Shown here: positions 40,677 through 49,575 of the stretch, piece by piece
Numbering within the stretch: the first letter of the stretch is position 1
How the letters are laid out: each line of letters opens with the position of its first letter
Assembly (NCBI GenBank): GCA_965116885.1
Contig: OZ220741.1
Span: 3,200,001-3,264,000, forward strand
Length of the DNA stretch: 64,000 nucleotides
From: Candidatus Latescibacterota bacterium
Lineage (GTDB): Bacteria > Latescibacterota > UBA2968
Reading direction: 5' to 3'
The notes under the pieces: model-generated
Databases searched by the model: none
What the model was told of the DNA's origin: nothing
What the model saw: only the letters and a program-made list of their open reading frames with translations
Made by a program: the position numbers and the translations under genes

Positions 40677-42149
40677 ATGTCAGATAGACCTAATGTTCTG
40701 GTGATCATGTCCGATCAGCACAGCAAATTTCACATCGGGTGTTATGGCGATCAGATTGTGCGAACACCACATTTAGATCAGATGGCAGCCGAAGGAATGC
40801 GCTTTACAAACGCTTATTGTCCGGCTCCGCTTTGCGTTCCCAGTCGGATGGCCTTCATGACGGCCCGACGACCCTCCGCCAATCGCGTCTGGACGAACAG
40901 CCATATTCTGTCATCGGCTATTCCCACCTGGGCTCATGCGATGGGTGTTGCCGAATATGAAACTTCTCTGATTGGACGTATGCACTTTGTTGGCTCGGAC
41001 CACCGCCACGGCTTTGAGCACCGTCCCATTGGCGAATACAGCGCACATCATCCCGGTGTTTCCTTGCAGGGTGCTCTCCGGTTTCGCAAAATGCCCCTGG
41101 GAGTAGCTGGGCAGAGCCGCGTAAGTGTAGAATATGCCGGTTATGGTCTATGTACCTATCAAGCCTATGATGACATGGTCGTCGAACGCGCCCTGGAATA
41201 TCTGGATGAAAAAGCACGGGCGCAGAATGATCGTCCTTTTGCCGCAGTGGCTGGCTTCGTCCTTCCGCACTGTCCCTATATCGCGGCCACAAAGGAACTC
41301 TTTGAATATTATTACGACCGGGTAGATGTTCCACAGCCAACGCCCGAAGAGACCCAAAGGGCACCGGCGGCTATCCGCAAACTCAAACGCCTGCGCGATC
41401 TGGACAGACCACTTCCCAAAGAACGCATTCGCGTGGCCCGGGCAGCCTATTTTGCTATGTGCGAGTACTTTGACAGCATCGTCGGCCAAATGCTCCAGAA
41501 GCTGGATGAGACGGGGCTGGCCGAAAACACGCTGGTCATCTACTGTTCTGACCACGGCGAAATGGCCGGAGAACACGGACTGTGGTCCAAAAGCAATTAC
41601 TACGAAGCATCAGTTTCAGTGCCCCTCATTGCCCGTTTGCCCGGAGTCATCCCAATGGGGGGAATCAGCGATAGCATCTGCAACCTCATGGATATTGGAC
41701 CGACCCTGATCGAGATGGCCGACGCCTCTCCCTTGCCTGCTACCGATGGACGTTCGCTGTGGCCCCAGATGTGCGGAGAAAACGATCCGAACTGGCCTGA
41801 CGAAACGTTCAGCGAGCATCTTTGGGAAGCCAACGAAGTGCCTTCCCGCATGATCCGCAAGGGACCGTGGAAGCTCTATAAATACAACGAACCCACTCCT
41901 CCAGCGCTCTTTAACCTGGAAGAAGACCCCGGAGAACTCAATGATCTGGGTCTGGACACGCGGCACCAGGATGTGCGAGAGAAGCTCCTGAAACGCCTCT
42001 ACAAAGATTGGGATCCCGCAGATATCATCAAACAAACAGCTATTCTGGACCGGGATTATCGCACTATTTCGGCATGGGGCCAGGCCGTCCAGCCTATACA
42101 CGAAGACACTGTAGCAGTGCCGGATGTGGAGGATATCGAACTTCGATAG
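40677..42149 (+). CDS. Cys-type sulfatase (choline-sulfatase-like), cytoplasmic
   Basis: RPNVLVIMSDQH, CVPSR, GRMHF, SDHGEM. Confidence 0.92.
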   Translation: MSDRPNVLVIMSDQHSKFHIGCYGDQIVRTPHLDQMAAEGMRFTNAYCPAPLCVPSRMAFMTARRPSANRVWTNSHILSSAIPTWAHAMGVAEYETSLIGRMHFVGSDHRHGFEHRPIGEYSAHHPGVSLQGALRFRKMPLGVAGQSRVSVEYAGYGLCTYQAYDDMVVERALEYLDEKARAQNDRPFAAVAGFVLPHCPYIAATKELFEYYYDRVDVPQPTPEETQRAPAAIRKLKRLRDLDRPLPKERIRVARAAYFAMCEYFDSIVGQMLQKLDETGLAENTLVIYCSDHGEMAGEHGLWSKSNYYEASVSVPLIARLPGVIPMGGISDSICNLMDIGPTLIEMADASPLPATDGRSLWPQMCGENDPNWPDETFSEHLWEANEVPSRMIRKGPWKLYKYNEPTPPALFNLEEDPGELNDLGLDTRHQDVREKLLKRLYKDWDPADIIKQTAILDRDYRTISAWGQAVQPIHEDTVAVPDVEDIELR

Positions 42150-42228
42150 AAGGTGAGTTTATTCGCAGAAAACGCAATTCGATTTTGTGGGAGTTAAGCG
42201 GAATAGCCTGAGGCGGTAATTATCTTTC

Positions 42229-43065
42229 ATGCACTGGCTCTTTTTTTCTATTATCCTCGACTTCGGTTTTGTCCAGCTTTTCAAGCTGGGACAAAGACGC
42301 GGCTGTTACGCGCCAGTGGTTGTTTCTGTAAACTACCTCGTCTTGGCTCTTGCAATTGCCATTTATCTCTTTGTTACCGATGCGTGGACATTTCCCGCAC
42401 TTGCCCTCTACACGGGGTTGGGAACGGGTACGGTTTTTATCAGTTCCATGTTGCTGATGAATCACGCGCTTACCCTCGCGCCCATCGGTTCTGTGGTTAC
42501 GGCTTTCCGAATGTCCATTGTCGTGCCTATTGTGCTGGGCATTTACCTCTGGGATGAATCCATGGCCCCAACGCAGTTTGTGGGGCTGCTTCTCGCGCTC
42601 GGTGCTCTGGCACTTATGACTTCTCATCCGGGCAGAACCGCGCAGATCAAAGGAATAAAAGCGTTTGGTTTGCTTATCGCGGTTTGTCTCTGCCAGGGCA
42701 TAAGCCATACGTGTTTGCGGTCTGTTCACTACAATGGTCTCGATCCCGTCTATCTGCATATCTTGATGTTCATCGGCGCAACCGCTGGACTGCTGGGTGG
42801 TGTTGTCATCATTCTCAAAAAACACCGACCACAACGGCCTGCGGTCAAACTCGGCGTTTTTATTGGTCTTTACAATGTTCTGGCGCTTTGCGTCATTATG
42901 ACCGCGTTAAGCAAGTTGCCGGGCACGCTTTTTTTTCCGACATTGGGATGTAGTGTTGTTGTGCTGGATAATCTCTTTGCCCATTTCTACTGGAAAGAAC
43001 GCCTCGCCCGACCCGCTATTGCCGGTGTGGGGATCGCTGTTCTTGCCGTTCTTCTGGTTTTGTGA
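42229..43065 (+). CDS. EamA/DMT family transporter
   Basis: About 10 TMs in two repeats; W.E and WKERL motifs. Confidence 0.8.
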   Translation: MHWLFFSIILDFGFVQLFKLGQRRGCYAPVVVSVNYLVLALAIAIYLFVTDAWTFPALALYTGLGTGTVFISSMLLMNHALTLAPIGSVVTAFRMSIVVPIVLGIYLWDESMAPTQFVGLLLALGALALMTSHPGRTAQIKGIKAFGLLIAVCLCQGISHTCLRSVHYNGLDPVYLHILMFIGATAGLLGGVVIILKKHRPQRPAVKLGVFIGLYNVLALCVIMTALSKLPGTLFFPTLGCSVVVLDNLFAHFYWKERLARPAIAGVGIAVLAVLLVL

Positions 43066-43077
43066 AAGGAATTCTCT

Positions 43078-44415
43078 ATGAGCCGACCCAATATTATTTT
43101 TGTATTCGCCGATGACTGGGGCTGGGGCGATTTGAGTTGTTATGGACATCCTCATGCCAAAACGCCAAATCTGGATCGTCTCGCGGCACAGGGTACTCTT
43201 TTTTCTCAGTTCTACGTTTGCTCCGGGGTTTGCTCTCCAAGCCGCGCCGCTGTTATGACCGGGCGTTTTCCAGCGCATTGGGGCATACACGGGCATTTTG
43301 CACAGCACGCGCAAAACGCAGCGCGGGGTATGCCCAATTTTCTCGATTCCGATGCGGTTACGGTTACTGGTCTGTTACAACAAAGCGGGTACGCCGTGGG
43401 ACACTTTGGCAAGTGGCATCTCGGTAGCGGAGAGGGTGCGCCCGCGCCTTATGATTACGGCATTGACGAGAGTAAAATCAATGTGGGGAATGGCCCGTTG
43501 CTCGATTTTACCGATTTGCAGACTGGCGAGGGTCGTAGCCGCTCTACAGAGGTGATTATTGATGAAACCATTGGTTTTATTGAGCGCAATAAAGACGAGC
43601 CTTTTTTTGTTCAGGCATGGCTTAACGATACCCATGCCATTCTCGATCCCACTGAGGAGCAGATGGAGCCTTACAAACAATTCACGGCGGATGGCCTGGA
43701 AGACAAGCACAAGGGCGCGTTGCGGATTTACTACTCGGTTGTCACCAATGCAGACCGCCACATTGGCCGGCTGATGGATAAACTCGATGAATTGAATTTG
43801 GGTGATAATACCATCGTGATCTTTTCTGCGGACAATGGTCCCGAAGATATCCATATTCGCAATGCCACGCACAGCGGTGTCGGTTCTTCCGGTCCTTTTC
43901 GCGGTCGCAAACGCAGTCTTTACGAAGGTGGCGTGCGTACGCCTTTTATTATTCGCTGGCCCAATGGCGTTTCTGCCGGGCGCATTGATAATGATACGCC
44001 GCTTTGCGCGGTCGATTTGTTGCCCACTTTTTGCAATCTGGCGGGTGTTGATATCGATGGTCTGGTGATCGATGGGGAGGATATGACCGATGCGCTGCGC
44101 GGCCGCAGTGGTATAAGAAAAAAACCGCTTATGTGGGAATGGCGGTTCAATATTGCGGGTCACTGTTTGCACAAAAGCCCCATGCTTTCTATCCGCGAAG
44201 GCGATTGGAAATTGCTTTTGAATCCCGACCGCAGCCGCGTCGAACTTTTCAATATTCCGCGAGACCCGATGGAGCTCAATAATCGCGCTGAATATATGCC
44301 AGAGCGCGTCGCGGAAATGGCTGATCGGGTACTGGCATGGCAGGATACCCTGCCCGAAGGTCCGATTGATGCCAATGCGGGGTCCAATGCGTATCCCTGG
44401 CCCGGCACGTTTTAG
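43078..44415 (+). CDS. Cys-type sulfatase (arylsulfatase A-like), cytoplasmic
   Basis: RPNIIFVFADDWGWGD, CSPSR, GKWHLG, ADNG, YEGGVRTP. Confidence 0.93.
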   Translation: MSRPNIIFVFADDWGWGDLSCYGHPHAKTPNLDRLAAQGTLFSQFYVCSGVCSPSRAAVMTGRFPAHWGIHGHFAQHAQNAARGMPNFLDSDAVTVTGLLQQSGYAVGHFGKWHLGSGEGAPAPYDYGIDESKINVGNGPLLDFTDLQTGEGRSRSTEVIIDETIGFIERNKDEPFFVQAWLNDTHAILDPTEEQMEPYKQFTADGLEDKHKGALRIYYSVVTNADRHIGRLMDKLDELNLGDNTIVIFSADNGPEDIHIRNATHSGVGSSGPFRGRKRSLYEGGVRTPFIIRWPNGVSAGRIDNDTPLCAVDLLPTFCNLAGVDIDGLVIDGEDMTDALRGRSGIRKKPLMWEWRFNIAGHCLHKSPMLSIREGDWKLLLNPDRSRVELFNIPRDPMELNNRAEYMPERVAEMADRVLAWQDTLPEGPIDANAGSNAYPWPGTF

Positions 44416-44417
44416 AT

Positions 44418-44819
44418 ATGGATGCACGTAAAACTGTACACGCCTATTTTGACGCGCTTACTGCGGGAGACGCCCGGCGGTTGATCGGTCTTATGTCTCG
44501 CGTGCCTTATTATGTCAAAATAGGTACAGATGAAAACGAATATATCCAGGGTGGTGAAAATATACCCGGGTACTATCGTCACCATGTGGATAGTACAGAG
44601 GATTTCGCCATTACATGCGATTATCTCGATGTTCAAGAGCGCGAGGCAGTTGCATGGTTTTACACACGTCAGACCTGGAAGCTCAAATGGCAGGGCCAGC
44701 GCGAAGAACTGTCTATGCGTTTGACGGGTGTTCTCGAAAAAGAAGATGATCAGTGGAGATTTGTTCAGATCCACGCTTCACTCGGTGTACCTGAATCAGG
44801 AGATATACACGATGGATGA
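44418..44819 (+). CDS. NTF2/SnoaL-like protein
   Basis: IGTD.NE, RLTGVLEK...WRFVQIHAS. Confidence 0.82.
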   Translation: MDARKTVHAYFDALTAGDARRLIGLMSRVPYYVKIGTDENEYIQGGENIPGYYRHHVDSTEDFAITCDYLDVQEREAVAWFYTRQTWKLKWQGQREELSMRLTGVLEKEDDQWRFVQIHASLGVPESGDIHDG

Positions 44820-46035
44820 ACTCGCCATTAACGGTGGAGAAAAGGCCAAGACCGTTCCGTACAATCAACCAAATAAATACACCGATGAAGAGCGCGAATT
44901 GTTGCTCGAGGTTCTCGATTCGGGTAAACTGATGGGGCCGGATGGGAAAGTCGCGGATTTTGAAGCTGAGATATGTCGCGCATTCGATGTTAAGCACGCG
45001 ATTATGGTGACATCTGGCACGGTTGCACTGCAAACGGCTCTTGCCGCGCTGGGTGTGTCTGAAGGCGATGAGGTTATTACTACGCCTATGACGGATTTTG
45101 GCACGACTGCGGCCATTCTCGCGCTGCACGCCATTCCGATTTTTTCTGATATCGATTTGTCAACCCGCTTGCTCGATCCGCAAAAGGTGCGCGAGAAAAT
45201 TACGGATAAGACCAGAGTTATTATTGCCGTCCACATGGCCGGTATGCCGTGTGAGATGGATGCGTTTTTGGATATCAGTGAGGAAACAGGGGTTAAAATT
45301 CTCGAAGATTGCGCGCAGGCACACGGCGCGACTTATCGCGGTCGTTTTGTCGGTGCGATTGGACACGCCGCGGGATTTTCCATGAATGAATCCAAGCAAA
45401 TTTCCACTGGCGATGGCGGTTTTGTCACGACCAATGACGATGAGACCGCTGAAATCGCCCGTCTTTTCCGCGATAAAACCTATTTGCGGGGTCAGAAACT
45501 CGAACGCGGTGTGCAACCCATTCCTTTCTTTGGCACGAATTTGCGTCCGACCTGCTTGCAAGCCGCTGTCGCTATTGCGCAACTCCACAAGCTCGAGTAT
45601 CTCGTTGCCCGCCGCGACCAGATTGTTCGGCGATACTATGACGAACTCGGCGATCTGCCCCATCTCGATTTTCCGAAAATTGCCGATCAAGCCCACCCTT
45701 CGTGGTGGCCCCTTGCCATTCGCTATACGGGTAGCACGCCAACGCGAGATGAACTCGTCGATGTTTTTCGCGCCGAGGGCGTTTCCATCAATACGAGCAT
45801 GTCCGCGGTGAAAAATATCCTCCGTACGGAAGTGATTCAAAAACGCAAGTACTATCCTTTAACGGACGATATTCCGATATTCTGGCAAAATACTGCGTAC
45901 AATCCCGATGATTGCCCCAATGTCGATACCTTGCAAGCCACTTGCTTGCGTCTTCCCGTGAATGAACGCTATACCGACGAGGATATCGATCAGACGATCG
46001 CGGCGGTGAAAAAGGTTTGGGCGCACTATTTTTAG
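44812..46035 (+). CDS. DegT/DnrJ/EryC1/StrS family PLP aminotransferase
   Basis: TSGT, GDEVIT, EDCAQAHG, FSMNESKQISTGDGG (PLP lysine). Confidence 0.92.
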   Translation: MDELAINGGEKAKTVPYNQPNKYTDEERELLLEVLDSGKLMGPDGKVADFEAEICRAFDVKHAIMVTSGTVALQTALAALGVSEGDEVITTPMTDFGTTAAILALHAIPIFSDIDLSTRLLDPQKVREKITDKTRVIIAVHMAGMPCEMDAFLDISEETGVKILEDCAQAHGATYRGRFVGAIGHAAGFSMNESKQISTGDGGFVTTNDDETAEIARLFRDKTYLRGQKLERGVQPIPFFGTNLRPTCLQAAVAIAQLHKLEYLVARRDQIVRRYYDELGDLPHLDFPKIADQAHPSWWPLAIRYTGSTPTRDELVDVFRAEGVSINTSMSAVKNILRTEVIQKRKYYPLTDDIPIFWQNTAYNPDDCPNVDTLQATCLRLPVNERYTDEDIDQTIAAVKKVWAHYF

Positions 46036-46119
46036 ATAGCGTTGTTTGTTGTCTTGACCAATCATCTATAACTGAGTAAATTGTCCATCGCAAATCCACA
46101 ATAACCGGTAAAGCTAATC

Positions 46120-46941
46120 ATGACCTTAGATATCGAATCCGGTATTCGCCGTCCCAAAATTGACATGCACTGCCACATCTGGCTTATGGATGGGTGGGAG
46201 CAGTCCGCTGATCAGCTCGTCGCTTCGGGCGATATGCTCGGCATTACCGAATACTGGTGTTCTTCCATTATCCAGCAGGGCATTCTGGCACCTGTTGAGG
46301 ATGTGTATCCTCACAATGATACTATTCTGAGCGCAATGGCACGCCATCCCAAACGCGTTCGCGGCTGGTGTTTTGTCATTCCCGGTCATTTTCAAGACGC
46401 CATAGACGAAGCCGAGCGATGTCTTGATGCGGGCATGATTGGCATTAAGCTCTATAATCAGTACCGCATCAACGATCCGGTTTTGCACCCTATTCTCGAA
46501 TTGGCGAGCGAACGGCGCGTGCCCATTCTTCAGCACGCGGGATACCCCGTTCCCGAACACCGCGCAAGCCAGCCGCTCATTTCACACGGTATTCATTTTA
46601 GCGAGGCCAGTGAAAAATATCCCGATGCGATTCTCATTCACGCCCATATCGGAGGCGGAGGTGATTGGGAACACACGGTGCGCGAAATGCGCCAGGCGTC
46701 TCCCAATGTTTATATCGATGTGTCGGGTAGCAACCTGGACGATGGACAGGTCGAATACGCGGTTTCAGAACTCGGCGTCGAGCGCGTGCTTTTTGGCACC
46801 GATGGCACGATGGCCGGCTCGGTGGGCAAAGTTCTCGATGCAGATCTCACTGAGGATGAACGCGAACACATTTTTTGGACCAATGCCGAGCGCATTCTCG
46901 CGCAACAGGGGGCTACGCCTACAGAACCTCGTACCAATTAA
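46120..46941 (+). CDS. Amidohydrolase family protein
   Basis: IDMHCH, GIKL, LQH, AHIGGGGDW, LFGTD. Confidence 0.88.
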   Translation: MTLDIESGIRRPKIDMHCHIWLMDGWEQSADQLVASGDMLGITEYWCSSIIQQGILAPVEDVYPHNDTILSAMARHPKRVRGWCFVIPGHFQDAIDEAERCLDAGMIGIKLYNQYRINDPVLHPILELASERRVPILQHAGYPVPEHRASQPLISHGIHFSEASEKYPDAILIHAHIGGGGDWEHTVREMRQASPNVYIDVSGSNLDDGQVEYAVSELGVERVLFGTDGTMAGSVGKVLDADLTEDEREHIFWTNAERILAQQGATPTEPRTN

Positions 46942-46957
46942 AGGAAGAAAACATCAA

Positions 46958-47755
46958 ATGCTCATAGATGTAAATGCTTGGCTTGGCACATGGCCTTTTC
47001 GTTCATTGCGCGACAATACACCCGATGCGCTTATCACGCGCCTTGACCGGTCGGGTATTGACAAAGCTGTTGTCTCTTATATCGAAGCCGCATTTCACAG
47101 GCATCCGCAATCGGCGAATGAACGGCTTGCCCGCGATGTTGAACCACACGGCGACCGCCTTATTCCGGTTGGTACAATTAATCCTCTGTCGCCGCATTGG
47201 GAAGATGACCTGACATCTTGTATTGATCTCGGTATGAAGGGAATTCGCCTTTTTCCGCAATATCACAATTACCAGACCGATGGGGCTGAGAGCCGAAGCG
47301 TCGTTCAAGCATGCGCTCAGTGCAATTTTCCGGTCTTTATTCCGCACAGACTCGAAGATACTCGGCAGCATCACTGGATGGATCCGGGCCAGAGTATCGA
47401 CCTATCACAACTCGCCAATCTGGTCGCGGCTGTGCCCGATGCCGCGATTATTATACCGAATGCCCGTCCGCTCGCGCGGTCACCGCTCTGGATGCGAGAG
47501 GATCTGCGCGATTTGAACTGGTACTTCGATCTTTCGCTGGCAGAAATTCACTATGGTCTGCACAAAAGTACCAATGCGATGAAGGATCTGGGATATTTGA
47601 TTGAGGAAGGCGGTGCGGGTCATATTCTCTTTGGTACGCATTTGCCCTTTTCCTATGCTGGCCCAGCCCTCGTCAAGCTCGCTATTCTACCCGTCGATGA
47701 AGAGACGCTCGAAGATATTAAACATCGCACTGCTACTAAGCTTCTGAATCTTTAG
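46958..47755 (+). CDS. Amidohydrolase-fold protein lacking HxH metal motif
   Basis: IDVNAWLG.WPFR, GIRLFPQYH, LFGTHLP; start at ATG 46958 after AAGGA. Confidence 0.82.
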   Translation: MLIDVNAWLGTWPFRSLRDNTPDALITRLDRSGIDKAVVSYIEAAFHRHPQSANERLARDVEPHGDRLIPVGTINPLSPHWEDDLTSCIDLGMKGIRLFPQYHNYQTDGAESRSVVQACAQCNFPVFIPHRLEDTRQHHWMDPGQSIDLSQLANLVAAVPDAAIIIPNARPLARSPLWMREDLRDLNWYFDLSLAEIHYGLHKSTNAMKDLGYLIEEGGAGHILFGTHLPFSYAGPALVKLAILPVDEETLEDIKHRTATKLLNL

Positions 47756-47800
47756 ATACGAAGCCTTTCTCCAGCCTGAATCATCAAAATAGTGCAAACA

Positions 47801-47837
47801 AAACGCCCCTGTTTCATTAGCAGAAACAGGGGCGTTT
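47801..47837. terminator. Bidirectional intrinsic terminator
   Basis: Perfect 15 bp stem AAACGCCCCTGTTTC / GAAACAGGGGCGTTT between convergent genes. Confidence 0.85.
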
Positions 47838-47861
47838 GAGTTGGTATTAATGGTGGTTTAA

Positions 47862-49472
47862 TTACACTTCACGACACGGCTTTCGCACGATGACGAGGTT
47901 GAGGGTGGGATCCTGAAGAGCGTCTCGGAAGACAGCGCGCATCTGGTCGTCGGTATCTTGTTCATGGACTTCGCGGACTCGTGACGCTCCGCATGCAAGG
48001 GCGAGGTCGCGCATGGTGACTTGCGGTCCGGCTTCGCCGTTTATTTGAACGCCCTGGTCGGGAGTGGTTTGTCCGCCAGTGGTGAGCGAGCCGCCATTGT
48101 CGAGTACCATAACAATGGGTGTCGCACCTGTGGCGCGCGCATGGACGAGGGCATTGATGCCGCCGTGATAAAAGGCGGAGTCGCCACATATCGCAATGGT
48201 GCGTTCGGCAATATCCGTTTTGCTCAGGCCACAGGCCACGCCAATGGCGGATCCCATCGAGAGTTTGGTATCGAGCATGGGAGCGGCCATTACCACGCAT
48301 CCCGGGTCGGCAGATATAAAGGGATTTTGGCCGAGGGCATTGGCTTCTTCGCGTAGTGCAGTAAGGATTTCCGTGAAGGGGCAGCCAGCGCAGTGGTTTT
48401 TGCGAAAGGGTTTTTCGCTTTCCCAATTTTCTTCGGTATAGCGCGTGGTTGGCGAGAAACCCGGGAGATAGTCGTCGAGTGCGTTTTGTATGTGCCAGCG
48501 GAAGAGTTCACCCACGCTGGTGAGATGTCCCGTGCGTTTGCCCAGGATTGGCGGGGTAACACCGGCGTCGTAACCAATGGCTTTGATGGCGTCTTCGATG
48601 TATGGATCGACTTCTTCAACGACGAGTACTTCACTACATTTTGCGAGAAAGTCTGCGATGAGTTTTTGGGGTAGGGGATACAGGGCACTGAGTTTGAGGA
48701 TGGAGAGATCAGATGTGTCTGCTCCATCGAGCGCGTCGAGGAGTTTGGTGTGCACCATGCCACAGGCGATGATGCCTTTTTGTCCATTGCCATCTATGCG
48801 ATTGAAGGGCAGGTCGCTAAATTGTGCGGTGGCGCGTGCGATTTTTTCGTGTAATTCTGTGTGGTTGCCTTCGGTTGTGCGAAGTGCCGATATCCAGCTC
48901 ATTGGCTCGCGGTCGGGTTCGCGGGTGGGGTGTTGCGCTGCGGGGCGGAAGTCGGAAAGGGCTTGCGTGCTGGTGCTGTAACTTCTGGTCAGGCGCAATA
49001 TCACGATGGATTGCAGGCTTTCTGAGTATTCAAAAGCCCATTTTATCATGTCGCGGCCTTCCCCTGGCGTGGCGGGTTCGAGCATTGGCAGTTCGGCCAG
49101 GGGACCGAGGGTGCGTGTATCTTGTTCGTTTTGCGATCCCCAGGCGCCGGGGTCATCGCCCATGACAATGACGAGTCCGGCGTGTACACCGGTCATGTTG
49201 AGCACCATCAGGGTGTCGAGCGCGACGTTCATACCCACGCTCTTGAGACATACGAGCGCGCGCTTGCCGCCCTGTGATGCACCGGCAGCCATATCCAGGG
49301 CAATGCGTTCATTGATACACCATTCGGCGTGGTGTCCGTGGTCTTTGGCCATTTCGGCCATGGCGTTAAATGTGTTTGTGCCGGGTGAACCGGGATACCC
49401 GGTTACAACGCCGACGCCTGCTTCTACTGCGCCCCAGGCCAGGGCGCGTTCTCCGTCAATGGTTTGGGTCAT
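47862..49472 (-). CDS. iorA: Indolepyruvate ferredoxin oxidoreductase alpha-subunit-like ThDP enzyme, no ferredoxin domain
   Basis: GYPGSP, KSVGMNVALD, GDDP..SQNEQD, CAGCP, GDSAFYHGG..LDN..TGGQ. Confidence 0.8.
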   Translation of the reverse strand: MTQTIDGERALAWGAVEAGVGVVTGYPGSPGTNTFNAMAEMAKDHGHHAEWCINERIALDMAAGASQGGKRALVCLKSVGMNVALDTLMVLNMTGVHAGLVIVMGDDPGAWGSQNEQDTRTLGPLAELPMLEPATPGEGRDMIKWAFEYSESLQSIVILRLTRSYSTSTQALSDFRPAAQHPTREPDREPMSWISALRTTEGNHTELHEKIARATAQFSDLPFNRIDGNGQKGIIACGMVHTKLLDALDGADTSDLSILKLSALYPLPQKLIADFLAKCSEVLVVEEVDPYIEDAIKAIGYDAGVTPPILGKRTGHLTSVGELFRWHIQNALDDYLPGFSPTTRYTEENWESEKPFRKNHCAGCPFTEILTALREEANALGQNPFISADPGCVVMAAPMLDTKLSMGSAIGVACGLSKTDIAERTIAICGDSAFYHGGINALVHARATGATPIVMVLDNGGSLTTGGQTTPDQGVQINGEAGPQVTMRDLALACGASRVREVHEQDTDDQMRAVFRDALQDPTLNLVIVRKPCREV

Positions 49473-49575
49473 TTTTGTACTCCTGAATGAAAAATCGGGG
49501 ATAGCATTGGAAATATTAAACTGTGTGTGGGCGTATTTGTCAAGTAGAGAAGGGGTTGTACGGCGATGGGTAAAA

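Noticed and set aside
43375..44427. 350 aa minus-strand ORF
   Set aside because: Antisense shadow of the well-supported sulfatase; no recognisable motifs. The same applies to 5272..6048, 15288..16145, 30986..31891 and 37973..38764.
46439..46957. N-terminal extension of the 438 aa ORF overlapping the upstream amidohydrolase
   Set aside because: Out-of-frame overlap with a real gene; the family motif and RBS start at 46958. A similar false extension occurs at 8148..8324.
46036..47861. Definite oriC call from the skew switch and a partial box (AAATCCACA at 46092-46100)
   Set aside because: Only a 7/9 match in a single copy, with no dnaA/dnaN and no extended AT-rich unwinding region.
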